Shown here: positions 51,030 through 61,641 of the stretch, one piece after another | Layout of the letters: every line of letters begins with the position of its first letter | How positions within the stretch are numbered: position 1 is the first letter of the stretch | DNA from: an uncultured virus (IMG/VR IMGVR_UViG_3300042934_000632) | Taxonomy: Duplodnaviria; Heunggongvirae; Uroviricota; Caudoviricetes | Reading direction: 5' to 3' (one strand) | DNA length: 64,000 bases | IMG/VR virus record: IMGVR_UViG_3300042934_000632 | Position numbers and translations under genes: made by a program | Notes under the pieces: generated by a model | Told to the model about the DNA's origin: nothing | What the model saw: the letters and a program-made list of their open reading frames with translations, nothing else | The model's database searches: none

Positions 51030-51743
51030 ATGAGTAGGATATTTATCACGGGCGATCTTCATGGTGAAGTGGATATTCACCGTCTCAATACTGGGGGATT
51101 TGTTGAGCAGAAAGATCTTACAAGAGACGATTACCTAATTATTGCTGGTGATTTTGGACTCGTCTGGAACATGGATAAAACAGATCAATACTGGCTGAAG
51201 TGGATGAATGAAAAGAACTTCACTACACTTTTTATTGATGGCAACCATGAAAACTTTGATCTGCTAGATGCTTATCCTGTAAAGGAATGGAATGGCGGAA
51301 AGGTACATCAGATCATGCCGAACATCTATCACTTGATGCGTGGACAAATGTTTACGATCCATGGTAAAAACTTCTTTACCTTTGGTGGAGCATCCTCTGT
51401 AGATATCGAGAGAAGAACAGAAGGAAAGTCCTGGTGGCCTAGAGAAATTCCTTCATATGCTGAGTTCGAAGAAGGACTGGCTACGCTAGAGAAACATGGC
51501 TGGAAAACAGACTATGTTATTACACATAATTGCCCGACAAAAACACTAGAGTGGATGGCTGCAAAGTATGGGTTCTATTTGAAGCCACCTGATGCTGTTA
51601 ATGCTTACTTGGATCGAATCAAAGAGAACTTGGAATACAAACACTGGTTTTTCGGCCACTTCCATGAGAATTTAAATCTTCCAGACAACTTGGCCATGTT
51701 ATACTACGACATTGTCGAGCTGAAAGGAGAAGAGAACTCATGA
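51030..51743 (+). CDS. calcineurin-like metallophosphoesterase
   Basis: GDLHG, GDFG, DGNHEN, THNCP, FGHFH. Confidence 0.9.
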   Translation: MSRIFITGDLHGEVDIHRLNTGGFVEQKDLTRDDYLIIAGDFGLVWNMDKTDQYWLKWMNEKNFTTLFIDGNHENFDLLDAYPVKEWNGGKVHQIMPNIYHLMRGQMFTIHGKNFFTFGGASSVDIERRTEGKSWWPREIPSYAEFEEGLATLEKHGWKTDYVITHNCPTKTLEWMAAKYGFYLKPPDAVNAYLDRIKENLEYKHWFFGHFHENLNLPDNLAMLYYDIVELKGEENS

Positions 51744-52171
51744 AGATCGCTTTAATCATTCTAATCATTACTCAACTAGTGTCTATCCTGATTATTATTG
51801 ATCACAAAATAGCAATTAAAATGTTGCAAGAAATGGTCCATGATTATATGAATAGATATTGGCTCCAGAGTATGAAAGATGCAGGTGCCGAAATTGTTTC
51901 TATTGATAAGGAGGACATGTTGTGAAAGAAGTTGGCAAGTGTGATGAATGCTTAAGCCTTGAAGAACTAACACCTTACGAAAACTCAGACGGTTTTGTTT
52001 CTTATCTCTGCAACGATTGTATTGGTGACTATGTTTTTCACGATTTTATTAAGGAACTAGAAGAAGAAGATAATGAAGAGCTGGAAGAAGACCTGGATGG
52101 AGAAGACGAAGATTAAGTCTTCTTTTTTCTTTGCTCTGTGGTATAATATGAAAACGAAAGAAGGTTTATCC

Positions 52172-52465
52172 ATGAGTCAAGTATGGAAGTTCCCTCTAGT
52201 GCCAATTGGAAATTCAAACATCGTTGAGGTTGATATGCCGTTTTACAGTAGCCCGATATCTGTTACCAATCAACATGGAGATATCATGCTCTATGCACTC
52301 GTAACGCCTCCATTAGAGAATGAGCCTAAAGTAAAGCGCCGTTTTCTAGTTGCACCTACAGGTGGGGAGATCCCCGAGTGGCCCGAAGATCGTTTTATTG
52401 GAACTGTCACGATAACTAATATTTACAATATGCAGTATGTGTTTCACATCTTTGAGGTTGACTAA
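52172..52465 (+). CDS. hypothetical phage protein
   Basis: VWKFPL...TG...FIGTV...VFHIFE pattern. Confidence 0.6.
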   Translation: MSQVWKFPLVPIGNSNIVEVDMPFYSSPISVTNQHGDIMLYALVTPPLENEPKVKRRFLVAPTGGEIPEWPEDRFIGTVTITNIYNMQYVFHIFEVD

Positions 52466-52659
52466 GCTAGGAGGTGATGAAGTTGGAAACCACAAGAATC
52501 AATGAGAAACAATTACTAGAGTACCTTGATACCCTCTACGCTCGTTCGGAAGCACATCGCAGAGCAGGTGAAAAGGATATTGGAGAGGCTCTATTTCGTG
52601 TGACCAATGAAATTCTTCATCTGCTCGGCCATATTTAACAAAACTGGGGAGGTTTATTC

Positions 52660-53433
52660 ATGAGTATTGATTTAGCAAAGAAGCACTTGATTGATCTGAC
52701 GAAGAAAGCAACAGAGGTTGTTCAAAAGGTTGGGTTGGGAGATCAAAAAGCTAAAGTCGCCGTTGCTTTTGATGTCTCTGGATCTATGAGTGATCGCTAT
52801 CGTAAAGGTGAAGTACAAGAAGCAGTGGATCGTATCTTGGCTCTTGCTGTAAATTTTGATGACAACCGAGCGCTAGATATGTTTGCTTTTGATACTCGCG
52901 GCCATAGCATTGGTGAAATTAGTGAAGAAAACTTCTATCAATTCATTAATAAGAATGTGCAACCTCTAGTGGGTGGCGGCACAGCGTATGCTCCTGTCAT
53001 GAAAATGATATTAGCTAGCTATGGGATTTCGATTGATGGAGAGACTGCTCCACAACCAGTAGTAAAGAAACGTTTCGGGTTCTTCGGTAAGAAAGAAGAA
53101 GCTCCTGTGGTAACACAGAGCAATGGGCCACTGGATGAGCCCATCTTTATTATCTTCGTAACCGACGGGGAAAACGGGGACCATCAAGCCACTGAGCATG
53201 TTGTTCGGGAAGCCTCTAAGTATGGTGTGTTCTTCAAGTTTGTAGGTATTGGAAATGAACGTTTCTACTTCTTGGATAAACTGGATAACCTTACAGGTCG
53301 TTTGATTGACAATGCTAACTTCATTAAAGTGAATGACATTGCAAATATTAATGAAGAAGATTTATATGCTGATCTTCTCAAAGAATTTCCTGAGTGGCTC
53401 GTCGAAGCACGTAGCAACAATTTGATTAAGTAA
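52660..53433 (+). CDS. vWA domain protein (TerF-like vWA)
   Basis: MIDAS DVSGSMS, GGTAYAP, FVTDG, FVGIG, IDNANF. Confidence 0.85.
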   Translation: MSIDLAKKHLIDLTKKATEVVQKVGLGDQKAKVAVAFDVSGSMSDRYRKGEVQEAVDRILALAVNFDDNRALDMFAFDTRGHSIGEISEENFYQFINKNVQPLVGGGTAYAPVMKMILASYGISIDGETAPQPVVKKRFGFFGKKEEAPVVTQSNGPLDEPIFIIFVTDGENGDHQATEHVVREASKYGVFFKFVGIGNERFYFLDKLDNLTGRLIDNANFIKVNDIANINEEDLYADLLKEFPEWLVEARSNNLIK

Positions 53434-53450
53434 GACAAAGGAGCGAGGAT

Positions 53451-55376
53451 ATGCGTGATCTTTTAGACAAGCTAGATCCCAGACAGCGAGAGATTGTTCA
53501 AGATACCGAAGGCCAAGTACTTGTATTGAGTGGTGCTGGCAGCGGTAAAACACGCGTTCTTACTTATCGCATTGCTTACTTGATAGAGAATGGTGTACCG
53601 CCATGGGCAATCCTGGCGGTCACCTTCACTAACAAGGCGAAAAGAGTCATGGAAGAACGTATTCAGGAGCTAGTGGGTGACCAAGGTAACGAAGTGTGGA
53701 TGGGTACTTTCCATAGTATCTGTATTCGTATACTACGCCGCTTTGGTGGTCAGATAGGATTGGCTCCTAACTTTACGATCATTGACGACAAAGAACGCAC
53801 TAAGATTTTGAAGGATGCTATTGAAAAAGCGGAGTGCCAGTATGAACCAGAAGTAATGGCTTCAATTATAGGTAATGCAAAGAATGATCTGCTTACACCA
53901 GCAGAACTTCGAATGAATGCTTCCAACAGATACGAAAGAGATGCAGCTTATGTTTACGAAATATATGAAGAAAAGAAAGACAAGTCTGGTTATGTTGATT
54001 TTGATGACATGATTATGAAAACGGTTCGTCTTCTTCAAAATTCAACAGAAGCTCGTGATCTTTACCAGAAACAGTTCCGCTATATACTTGCAGACGAAGG
54101 GCAGGATACAAACACCGCGCAGTATACTTTGCTCAACTTGCTGATGGGCGAACATCAAAATCTGTTCGTTGTAGGAGACATTGACCAGAGTGTGTACCGC
54201 TGGCGTGGAGCAAAGATCGAAAACATGATCAAGTTTCAAGAGGTTTATCCCGAATCTCGTATCCATCAGCTGGATCAGAACTATCGTTCCACTGCTAATA
54301 TTGTCAACGCAGCTAACGCAGTGATTGAGCATAACGTAGAACGTCTTGAGAAGACGGCCTGGACGAGCAAAGAAGCTGGACCACCTATTGTTCTCTATGA
54401 AGCAGAGGATGACTCTCGCGAGGCAGAGTTCGTTGTGAGTGCTATCCAGCGTATGGTGGACGTAGAAGGACAGTCGTATAATAACTTTGCAATTCTTTAC
54501 CGTATGGGTAGACAGTCAAGACTGATTGAAGTGGCGCTTACTCAAGCGGGGATTCCATACAAAGTTGTTGGCGGCAAATCGTTCTATGATCGGAAAGAAA
54601 TCAAAGACCTGGTAGCGTATCTTCGTATCATTGCTAATGAGTTTGATGCCTTAGCTATGGAGCGTATCATTAATGTTCCAAAGCGTGGGATTGGGGACAC
54701 AACGGTAAAGAAGATTGATCAATACGCTAAGGACTGTTCTATCCCGTTTCCTAAAGCGCTGGAGTATATTGATGACATCCCTAAGATTTCCAAGGGCACC
54801 AAGCTTAAGATTGAAAATTTCGATCACTTCATACTTAGTCTTCGTGAGTTTGCTTGTGTCCCTGGGGTTAGTATTCCTGAAATTATTCAGCACATCTTGA
54901 GTCAGACAGGATATCTAACCGAGCTTGATCCTGATAAAGAAGAGGATGAAAGTCGGATTGGAAACATCCGTGAATTGATTAAGGTTGCCGAAGAATGGGA
55001 AAACACAACCTCTAATCCTGGTTGTATCTCAGACTTCTTAAGCGAGACTACCCTCTCAGGAATTGAGGAAGGCGAAGAGGAAGTCGATTCTGTGACTTTG
55101 ATGACAGCACACTCTTCAAAAGGACTTGAATTCCCATGTGTCTTTATGGTAGGTATGGAAGAGAATATCTTCCCACACTCCAGATCGTCTAATGATCCAA
55201 AGAACATGGAAGAGGAAAGACGCCTTGCTTATGTCGCAATTACTCGCGCTGAGTATAGACTTTTCATTACTTACTGTTTCAATCGGTATGAATATGGCGA
55301 TCCTAGACCTAAGAGAAGTAAGGTTTCGAGATTCGTCCTTGAAATTCCCAGCGAATTAGTTAGGAAAATAGGTTAA
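53451..55376 (+). CDS. pcrA: UvrD/PcrA superfamily I helicase
   Basis: GAGSGKT, TFTNKA, DE.QDTN, QSVYRWRGA, NYRS, SKGLEF, EERRLAYVAITRA. Confidence 0.95.
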   Translation: MRDLLDKLDPRQREIVQDTEGQVLVLSGAGSGKTRVLTYRIAYLIENGVPPWAILAVTFTNKAKRVMEERIQELVGDQGNEVWMGTFHSICIRILRRFGGQIGLAPNFTIIDDKERTKILKDAIEKAECQYEPEVMASIIGNAKNDLLTPAELRMNASNRYERDAAYVYEIYEEKKDKSGYVDFDDMIMKTVRLLQNSTEARDLYQKQFRYILADEGQDTNTAQYTLLNLLMGEHQNLFVVGDIDQSVYRWRGAKIENMIKFQEVYPESRIHQLDQNYRSTANIVNAANAVIEHNVERLEKTAWTSKEAGPPIVLYEAEDDSREAEFVVSAIQRMVDVEGQSYNNFAILYRMGRQSRLIEVALTQAGIPYKVVGGKSFYDRKEIKDLVAYLRIIANEFDALAMERIINVPKRGIGDTTVKKIDQYAKDCSIPFPKALEYIDDIPKISKGTKLKIENFDHFILSLREFACVPGVSIPEIIQHILSQTGYLTELDPDKEEDESRIGNIRELIKVAEEWENTTSNPGCISDFLSETTLSGIEEGEEEVDSVTLMTAHSSKGLEFPCVFMVGMEENIFPHSRSSNDPKNMEEERRLAYVAITRAEYRLFITYCFNRYEYGDPRPKRSKVSRFVLEIPSELVRKIG

Positions 55377-55401
55377 CAATCCTATTTTCCTATGCTATAA
55401 T
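55373..55401 (+). promoter_or_regulatory. sigmaA-type promoter
   Basis: TTAACA-17 bp-TATAAT with extended TG. Confidence 0.6.
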
Positions 55402-55431
55402 GATTTTACAATTAAAGAGGAGGCTGTTCAA

Positions 55432-56373
55432 ATGACAAGAAGAATTGTTACTAAGCCTATGATGAGAAAAATACAATCTGCTTTTGAACGTATGCTCGAA
55501 AGTGGTAATTTTGGTGATAGCTACGAACGCCTTACTTTCGGATACAAAGATGTTATCGAATACTCTAACGGTAACTTTGCATTCGCAAGTGATGTTAGTG
55601 GATTGATGAAGGCATTTGAGGCGATCAACTACGTTGTTCGGCTGCGCAGAGGAACTCAGGGTGTTAAATCAGAGTTTAACATTGCAAAGCTTATGAATTC
55701 TTCACCTATTCGTGTTGATGCTACTGGTCCAGAGCCAATCATTCAGGCCGACAACAAATTCAATCATCGAGACACTGTTAATGTGCCCGAATCATCTTTG
55801 AATATTCCTGAATCTGAGGAAGAAGTTGTAGTAACAGAGGAAGAGCAAGTTATTGTAGAGACTGTTGAAGAAGCTGTTGAAGCCGAAGTTGTTGAGCCAG
55901 TTCTAAGTATTCCTGTGGTAGCTCCTGAAGTTATCAAGGTCAGCCGCGAAGAATTTAAGAATGAGATTCGTGAAATGGTCACATTTATGCAGTCCATTCC
56001 TAAACAAATGGTTGGTAGTTTAACTGAAATGCTGACTCAACTTGATAGCCAAGACCCTGCCTATGTTGCCGAGTTGGAGAACATGCTTGATAATACCCTG
56101 AAGGAAAGAGACCAGGCACGTAAGGAAAAAGAAGACGCCTTATTCGAAGTTGCAGTTCTTAAAGAACAGCTGCGTAGCTCTAATGGCATTTCCGACATTG
56201 ACCTGCATGAACTGTATCGTGTTCGTAACTCAATCTTGGATGAAATGGAACGGTATATTTACACTCCAGGATGGAAGAAACAACCGTCTGCTGAAAGTTT
56301 CAGAAAAGCTATAACTTCTAAACTGGATAGCATCTTTGATAAGATCTCGCCTAAAGAAGAAACAGCTGTCTAA
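55432..56373 (+). CDS. hypothetical protein with Glu/Val-rich linker and coiled coil
   Basis: 313 aa, RBS GAGGAGG. Confidence 0.75.
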   Translation: MTRRIVTKPMMRKIQSAFERMLESGNFGDSYERLTFGYKDVIEYSNGNFAFASDVSGLMKAFEAINYVVRLRRGTQGVKSEFNIAKLMNSSPIRVDATGPEPIIQADNKFNHRDTVNVPESSLNIPESEEEVVVTEEEQVIVETVEEAVEAEVVEPVLSIPVVAPEVIKVSREEFKNEIREMVTFMQSIPKQMVGSLTEMLTQLDSQDPAYVAELENMLDNTLKERDQARKEKEDALFEVAVLKEQLRSSNGISDIDLHELYRVRNSILDEMERYIYTPGWKKQPSAESFRKAITSKLDSIFDKISPKEETAV

Positions 56374-56410
56374 TCGTGCGACTAAAATAATTTCATGGGG
56401 GAATCGTTTA

Positions 56411-56878
56411 ATGCATGAGCTTCACTACTTGCCAATTCATATCAAGTTTTTGAGTAACTATAAAGGGCCAAAGGAAGGTCCTAAGTATGGGTCTGATCTG
56501 GCCGCTGCATTTGACTTTAATGCAGGGATTGAAGGGGTAATTGAAATTGCACCAGGAGAAACAAAGTTGATCCCCGCGGGGTTCTCTCTGGCCCTACCAG
56601 CTAGTATTGCGCTACTCCCTGTCCCTCGATCTGGATTGGCACTTAAATTCCAGGTGGGCGTTGGTAATAGTCCAGGTGTTGTAGATGCTGACTACAGAGG
56701 TGAAGTTGGTATTATCGTACAAAACCTTGGTAGCGCAGTATTTACTGTATACCCAGGTGATCGTATCGCTCAAGGACTCTTGGTGGATACGTACCGAGCT
56801 CAGTGGCTTGAAGTTGATGAGCTTCCTGAAACAGAACGAGGCTCTGGCGGATTCGGTTCAACAGGTGTACAAGCTTAG
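56411..56878 (+). CDS. dut: trimeric dUTPase
   Basis: AAAFD, PRSGLA, GVVDADYRGE, GDRIAQ, RGSGGFGSTG. Confidence 0.95.
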   Translation: MHELHYLPIHIKFLSNYKGPKEGPKYGSDLAAAFDFNAGIEGVIEIAPGETKLIPAGFSLALPASIALLPVPRSGLALKFQVGVGNSPGVVDADYRGEVGIIVQNLGSAVFTVYPGDRIAQGLLVDTYRAQWLEVDELPETERGSGGFGSTGVQA

Positions 56879-56907
56879 TTGACCTAAGCGTTACTCTTTG
56901 ATAGAAT
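56879..56907 (+). promoter_or_regulatory. sigmaA-type promoter
   Basis: TTGACC-17 bp-TAGAAT with extended TG. Confidence 0.6.
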
Positions 56908-57685
56908 GAAAGACCAGGTTTGAGTAGGTGCTATCGGGTGAACCAATCACCTTGTAGCACCTTTTTTTATAGAAAGGAGTCAATGAAAATGAGAGAAATG
57001 AATATCAAGCCTTTAAGATGTGAGGTTCTTCGTCAGCAACTTTGGGAAATCCAGTTCGCTGAAGACCCTGCAAAACATGTCGCTAAACTTGCAAGGGTAT
57101 TAGAGGAAATTATTGATATGATTGACCCATTACCTGGTGCGCCAAAGGAGGAAGTATGATGTTTGATCTTCGAAACGACTTTAAAACAAGACTTAATCTG
57201 CCTGATGATACAAGTTTTAGTTTTAAAGAAATTCGATTATATGAAAAAATTGATTGGTGGACTAAAAAATTTAAAAATGGTGATGAAACCAAAGCTATTG
57301 ACTTGAAAAACCTTCTTGATACAAAACATGAATATGATACTAGCATACTGTTATTGAAAGATCTTCTCAATGATTATGTTAATCACGGTAAATATGAAGA
57401 AGTTTCTAACGTTGTTACCCGTATGAAAATACTTGAACATCGCTGGAATTGTTTTAATATGATCCAAATTTAAAGGAGGAAATATAATGTTTGGGCAAAA
57501 GAAAAAAAAGGTTGAGAATGCATACACTCTTGTAATTGATTGGGACAAGGTAAAGACGGTAGAAGATATGACGTCTATCCTAAGACTGATACACCCATTT
57601 TCTTTTATCGTTCTTAACGAAGAAGCAGCTGAAAAAGGTCGTATACTTCATCTTACGAAAAAAGTAATAAAATAGGAGGCACCAT

Positions 57686-58885
57686 ATGATTCCACAAAAG
57701 TTTGTTGAAGAGCTTAAGAGCAAGATTAACATCCTTGATGTCGCTTCTAGCTACTTTGACATTGAGAAATCTGGATCGGTTTATCAGGCTTACTGCCTCC
57801 ATGGAGATAAGAATACAAAGTCTTTAACGTTTTTTCCTGAAACGAATACCTTCCATTGTTTTGGATGCGGTGCGGGTTCAAAGCAGGTTACAGACGGATC
57901 AGATATTGTATCCTTCATGATGTGGGTAGAGAAATGTAACTTTCCAGAGGCTGTAGAGAAACTTGCAGCTCTAGGTGGAGTCGAGGTTCCTCAGAAAGAT
58001 TTGAATGCAGAAGAAAAGAAGCGGCAAACGATGCTGTTCAAAACACTTCAAGAAAATCGACAGTATTATAACACTCTACGTGGTAATGAGGAGATGCTTA
58101 AGTATCTCTGGGGACGTGGTATTGGGAATATGGAGATCGAGAAATGGAGAATCGGATACGTCGGCAAGGACGATGTCACCAAGGCAGCAGGACGTATTGC
58201 TTTTGCGATCATGGATAGCTGGGGAGATACAGTTGGATTCTCTTATCGAAACATGGAATCCTACATACCCTCTGCGGACAATCCAGATACGGGTCCGAAG
58301 TATATTAACTCTCCGAAGTCAGCCCTATTCGACAAGGGAGCGATCCTGTACGGACTGAACTTTATCAAGAAGATGATCCGCGAGAGGGATTATGTAGTCA
58401 TCGTAGAGGGGTTCGGCGATGCGATCATTGGTCAGAAATATGACTGTCCATTTGTAGGCCTCATGGGGACCTCGTTAACTCAGGCTCATTTGGATCTACT
58501 TAGCCTCTATACTAAGAACATTTATGTCTGGTTTGACGGTGATGCTGGAGGACTGAATGCATCTCTTCGTCATATCGACGCGCTACGTTCCAGAGGTTTC
58601 TTGGTTAAAGTTATCTACACACCGAATAATGATCCTGATGATGTCATTCAGGGTGTTGGTTCTGATCTTGAAGAATGGATTATGGATAACGCTATTCTTG
58701 CAGGACAATTTCAGATCAATCTCATCATGAATAAGCACAATTCGGCGATGACAGAACAGAAAATCAAAACAGTTTCTCTCATTAAAAATCTGCTTGCTGG
58801 AATCTCTGATGGACACGAGAAAGAAATCTACTGTAATCAGGTTGCTGAACATTTGGGTGTAGATCCAATCACTTTAAGGAGGTAG
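57686..58885 (+). CDS. dnaG: DNA primase
   Basis: CHC2 zinc finger CLH...FHCFGC, PKYINSP, TOPRIM VEGFGD, FDGDAGG, DPD. Confidence 0.95.
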   Translation: MIPQKFVEELKSKINILDVASSYFDIEKSGSVYQAYCLHGDKNTKSLTFFPETNTFHCFGCGAGSKQVTDGSDIVSFMMWVEKCNFPEAVEKLAALGGVEVPQKDLNAEEKKRQTMLFKTLQENRQYYNTLRGNEEMLKYLWGRGIGNMEIEKWRIGYVGKDDVTKAAGRIAFAIMDSWGDTVGFSYRNMESYIPSADNPDTGPKYINSPKSALFDKGAILYGLNFIKKMIRERDYVVIVEGFGDAIIGQKYDCPFVGLMGTSLTQAHLDLLSLYTKNIYVWFDGDAGGLNASLRHIDALRSRGFLVKVIYTPNNDPDDVIQGVGSDLEEWIMDNAILAGQFQINLIMNKHNSAMTEQKIKTVSLIKNLLAGISDGHEKEIYCNQVAEHLGVDPITLRR

Positions 58886-59178
58886 AGATATGAAACGAAC
58901 TAAAACAAAAATTAAACTGGAGAAGCTGGATGATCTGGCTTCTTCTATTATTTTTTATACTCAAGGTGATCGAAAATATTTCACAGAAAAACACCTTGAA
59001 GGGTATAGATTTAAAGCAGGCGCAAACTTTCAAACTCTTATTGATTTGGGTTTTAGAGCTCGTAAGCATGGTGGGTTTAAGTTTGAGCGTGAAGTTTCTT
59101 ATGTTCGAGCAGAGTTAGAGCAATATATTGAACCGTTAAGAGTTAGGGATCGATGGTTCTTCCCCTGGAATTCATGAC

Positions 59179-59439
59179 ATGGATGCTCCAAAATTCAACG
59201 TAAGGGATGAGGTTGTTGTCACTTTTCCTGACGGATCTAGGATCAGAGGGAAAATATATCCTATTCCTGGGGCTTTTTTAAATGAGAAAGGCTACCTCGT
59301 GCTATATGAACATACAAGATTTTATATTGAAAATGGGAAACGTTATTTCACAAGCGGAGCAAGACACCCTGAGTATATGATCACTTTATTCATAGAGAAC
59401 AATGACTACTACCACCTTCAACTCGACGACCTGGAATAG
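59179..59439 (+). CDS. small SH3-like protein with C-terminal tag
   Basis: PKFNVRDEVVV; ends NDYYHLQLDDLE. Confidence 0.65.
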   Translation: MDAPKFNVRDEVVVTFPDGSRIRGKIYPIPGAFLNEKGYLVLYEHTRFYIENGKRYFTSGARHPEYMITLFIENNDYYHLQLDDLE

Positions 59440-59445
59440 CAAACA

Positions 59446-59474
59446 TTGCCAAATTCCATGATATGTTATATAAT
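59446..59474 (+). promoter_or_regulatory. sigmaA-type promoter
   Basis: TTGCCA-17 bp-TATAAT. Confidence 0.7.
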
Positions 59475-59548
59475 TCATCTAGTATATGGGTGTGTTTTAA
59501 ATAGATTGCAATCCTTGAGACGACCAATGAAATAAGGAGGACGCATGA

Positions 59549-60325
59549 ATGGGTTCTAAGCATTCAGGGCGAGCCTATCGTTTCCTTGTACCTATTGTGA
59601 TTATTGTAGTTCTATTAATTGCATGGGGCACTAGAGAACATAGTCTAAGCCAGAAGCACCAGTCTACGATCTCTTCCCTTAAATCAGAACTAAGTAGCAA
59701 GGGTCAGGTTATTGAGAATAAGAATATCCTCATTCAGCAGAAACAAGCTGAACTTGATCTCCAGTCTTCGCTGCTGGAACAACAGCAAAAGAAGCTAGAC
59801 AAAAGACAGGCTATTATCGAGCTGAATATTAAGGAGGCGCAAGTCTCCGATAATAAGATCGAAGCTCAAAAGAAGACTATCAATCAATTGCAAAAGAAGT
59901 TGTCTTCGGAACAGTCCAATACCAGTTTGAAAGCCAAGCCAACCACTGTAAATGCTACTACAGTCTCGGCAAAAGCATCAGGAAGCTTTCAATCTGGATG
60001 GACTGCAACTTACTATTCGCTAAGCGTGGCTTCCACTGGGAAGAGACCAGGTCACCCTGGCTACGGAATCACGGCTAGCGGACGTAAGGTAGTAGACGGT
60101 GTTACGATTGCCGTTGATCCACGATACATTCCTTTGGGAACTTGGATCGAAATTAAAATGCCTAACGGCGAAGTCATCAAACGAAGAGCCGACGATACAG
60201 GCTCCGCCATTAAAGGACATAAGCTAGATATTTATGTGGCTGGCGTCAGTGACTCATACATCTATCAAGAACTTGGTAAGAAACAAATCTCTATCCGTAT
60301 TCTCGGAAAGGGAGAACTGAACTAA
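59549..60325 (+). CDS. membrane-anchored coiled-coil protein with 3D (lytic transglycosylase-like) domain
   Basis: TM helix; ATYY...ITASG...IAVDP..IPLGT...ADDTGSAIKG..LDIY. Confidence 0.88.
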   Translation: MGSKHSGRAYRFLVPIVIIVVLLIAWGTREHSLSQKHQSTISSLKSELSSKGQVIENKNILIQQKQAELDLQSSLLEQQQKKLDKRQAIIELNIKEAQVSDNKIEAQKKTINQLQKKLSSEQSNTSLKAKPTTVNATTVSAKASGSFQSGWTATYYSLSVASTGKRPGHPGYGITASGRKVVDGVTIAVDPRYIPLGTWIEIKMPNGEVIKRRADDTGSAIKGHKLDIYVAGVSDSYIYQELGKKQISIRILGKGELN

Positions 60326-60389
60326 AAATCTGTAAAAATATACTAGACGCTCTGGGATTGCGTTACTTTGTACTGCTGCGATATAATGT

Positions 60390-60482
60390 TGGTATAGCGA
60401 GAACACACCCTCTCGCTGTGCCGATCTGTGGTTGCAACCAGCAGAACAGCATCAAGGGTTTCTCACTAGAGAGCCCTTTTTG
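60390..60482 (+). ncRNA. candidate small RNA with its own promoter and terminator
   Basis: TTGCGT-18 bp-TATAAT upstream; hairpins; AAGGGTTTCTC/GAGAGCCCTT followed by a T-run. Confidence 0.45.
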
Positions 60483-60558
60483 TTTGTAAATTTTTGAAGA
60501 CGTATATAGAAATATAAGGTATAATACTGTTACTACCATAACACGGAGGTTATGAACC

Positions 60559-60741
60559 ATGGCAAAAAGCAGTGCAAGAAAGAAGAGAGAACATAGGGTG
60601 CGACAAGGAAAATTAAATCCTGAGAATTCCAGAGGCAGTTGGAATGGTGTTATGCCTGTGACTAAGGTGAAACCAAACAAGAAAAAAGATCACCGCTTTG
60701 GTGATTATGATCGAGCTTACAACATTGTTGTAGGTTGGTAA
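60559..60741 (+). CDS. small basic protein
   Basis: MAKSSARKKR...RQGKLNPE..RGSW; RBS GGAGG. Confidence 0.6.
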   Translation: MAKSSARKKREHRVRQGKLNPENSRGSWNGVMPVTKVKPNKKKDHRFGDYDRAYNIVVGW

Positions 60742-60766
60742 ATAATCATGAGAGAGGAGACCAACA

Positions 60767-61084
60767 ATGTGGTGTAGAATCATGGAGAACACGGAGAATC
60801 CTTCTAATATCTTTGAATTTGAAAGCAACAATGATTTAATTGTTCATTATACCGTATCGAAAGAAACAAGCACTCCAGTTGTTGAGATTACAAAGTTAGC
60901 TACTATTGAAAATAGACTGGAAACATGTGCTATTAGTCTTATCAAAAATGAAATTCAGATCCACCTATATACAGGAGAACAGTTATTCAGAGTTTGCGTA
61001 GGTGGAATCAGAAGATTCATGTTGTTTGAGCATAATGATACAGTTCATGAACGACTAATTATTGATGTAACGAAAGACTTGTAG
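60767..61084 (+). CDS. hypothetical protein
   Basis: RBS GAGGAG. Confidence 0.55.
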   Translation: MWCRIMENTENPSNIFEFESNNDLIVHYTVSKETSTPVVEITKLATIENRLETCAISLIKNEIQIHLYTGEQLFRVCVGGIRRFMLFEHNDTVHERLIIDVTKDL

Positions 61085-61095
61085 GAGGAGTAGAA

Positions 61096-61626
61096 ATGGC
61101 CGTACCAGGCAGCCTGTGGGTTCAAGGGACCCAGCTTCGTTTTACGAGTCAAAGCGGAGTCAACTTTGCATATGAAGGTACTTATAGTAGCTCGCCTGCT
61201 GGAGCTAAACCAGGCAGCTCATGGATCGAAGGCGATAACTTCGCTTATATCGACCAGTATGGTTCTAAAAGACTCGTTATTAATTATACTGCTACTAATA
61301 TTCCCGCCGCAGTTGCAGGCAGCTTATGGATTTATGGCAATTATCTTTATTGGATTAACACTAATAAGAATAAAACCTACGGACATGGAGATGCAACTCA
61401 TCAGAATACAAGCTATAATGATGGTAGTTATAACGATTATAATAATTCATCAACATCCCATGGTGATTCTACGGTAACTTTCCAAGATTCGCCGACACAT
61501 GGTAATCATGTACCCTACCATGCGGACTGGCCTGCTTCACATACGGATAGCTATAACTATCAAGATACACACAACAATAGCTACCATACGGATACTCCAC
61601 ATGCTGATTATCCTATTCAAGTGTAG
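61096..61626 (+). CDS. putative radical-SAM substrate: three GSxW beta-repeats plus 14 aromatic-X-D/N motifs
   Basis: PGSLWVQG/PGSSWIEG/AGSLWIYG; HGD, HQN, YND, YND, YNN, HGD, FQD, HGN, HAD, HTD, YQD, HNN, HTD, HAD. Confidence 0.7.
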   Translation: MAVPGSLWVQGTQLRFTSQSGVNFAYEGTYSSSPAGAKPGSSWIEGDNFAYIDQYGSKRLVINYTATNIPAAVAGSLWIYGNYLYWINTNKNKTYGHGDATHQNTSYNDGSYNDYNNSSTSHGDSTVTFQDSPTHGNHVPYHADWPASHTDSYNYQDTHNNSYHTDTPHADYPIQV

Positions 61627-61641
61627 GGAGGAGAGAACACA

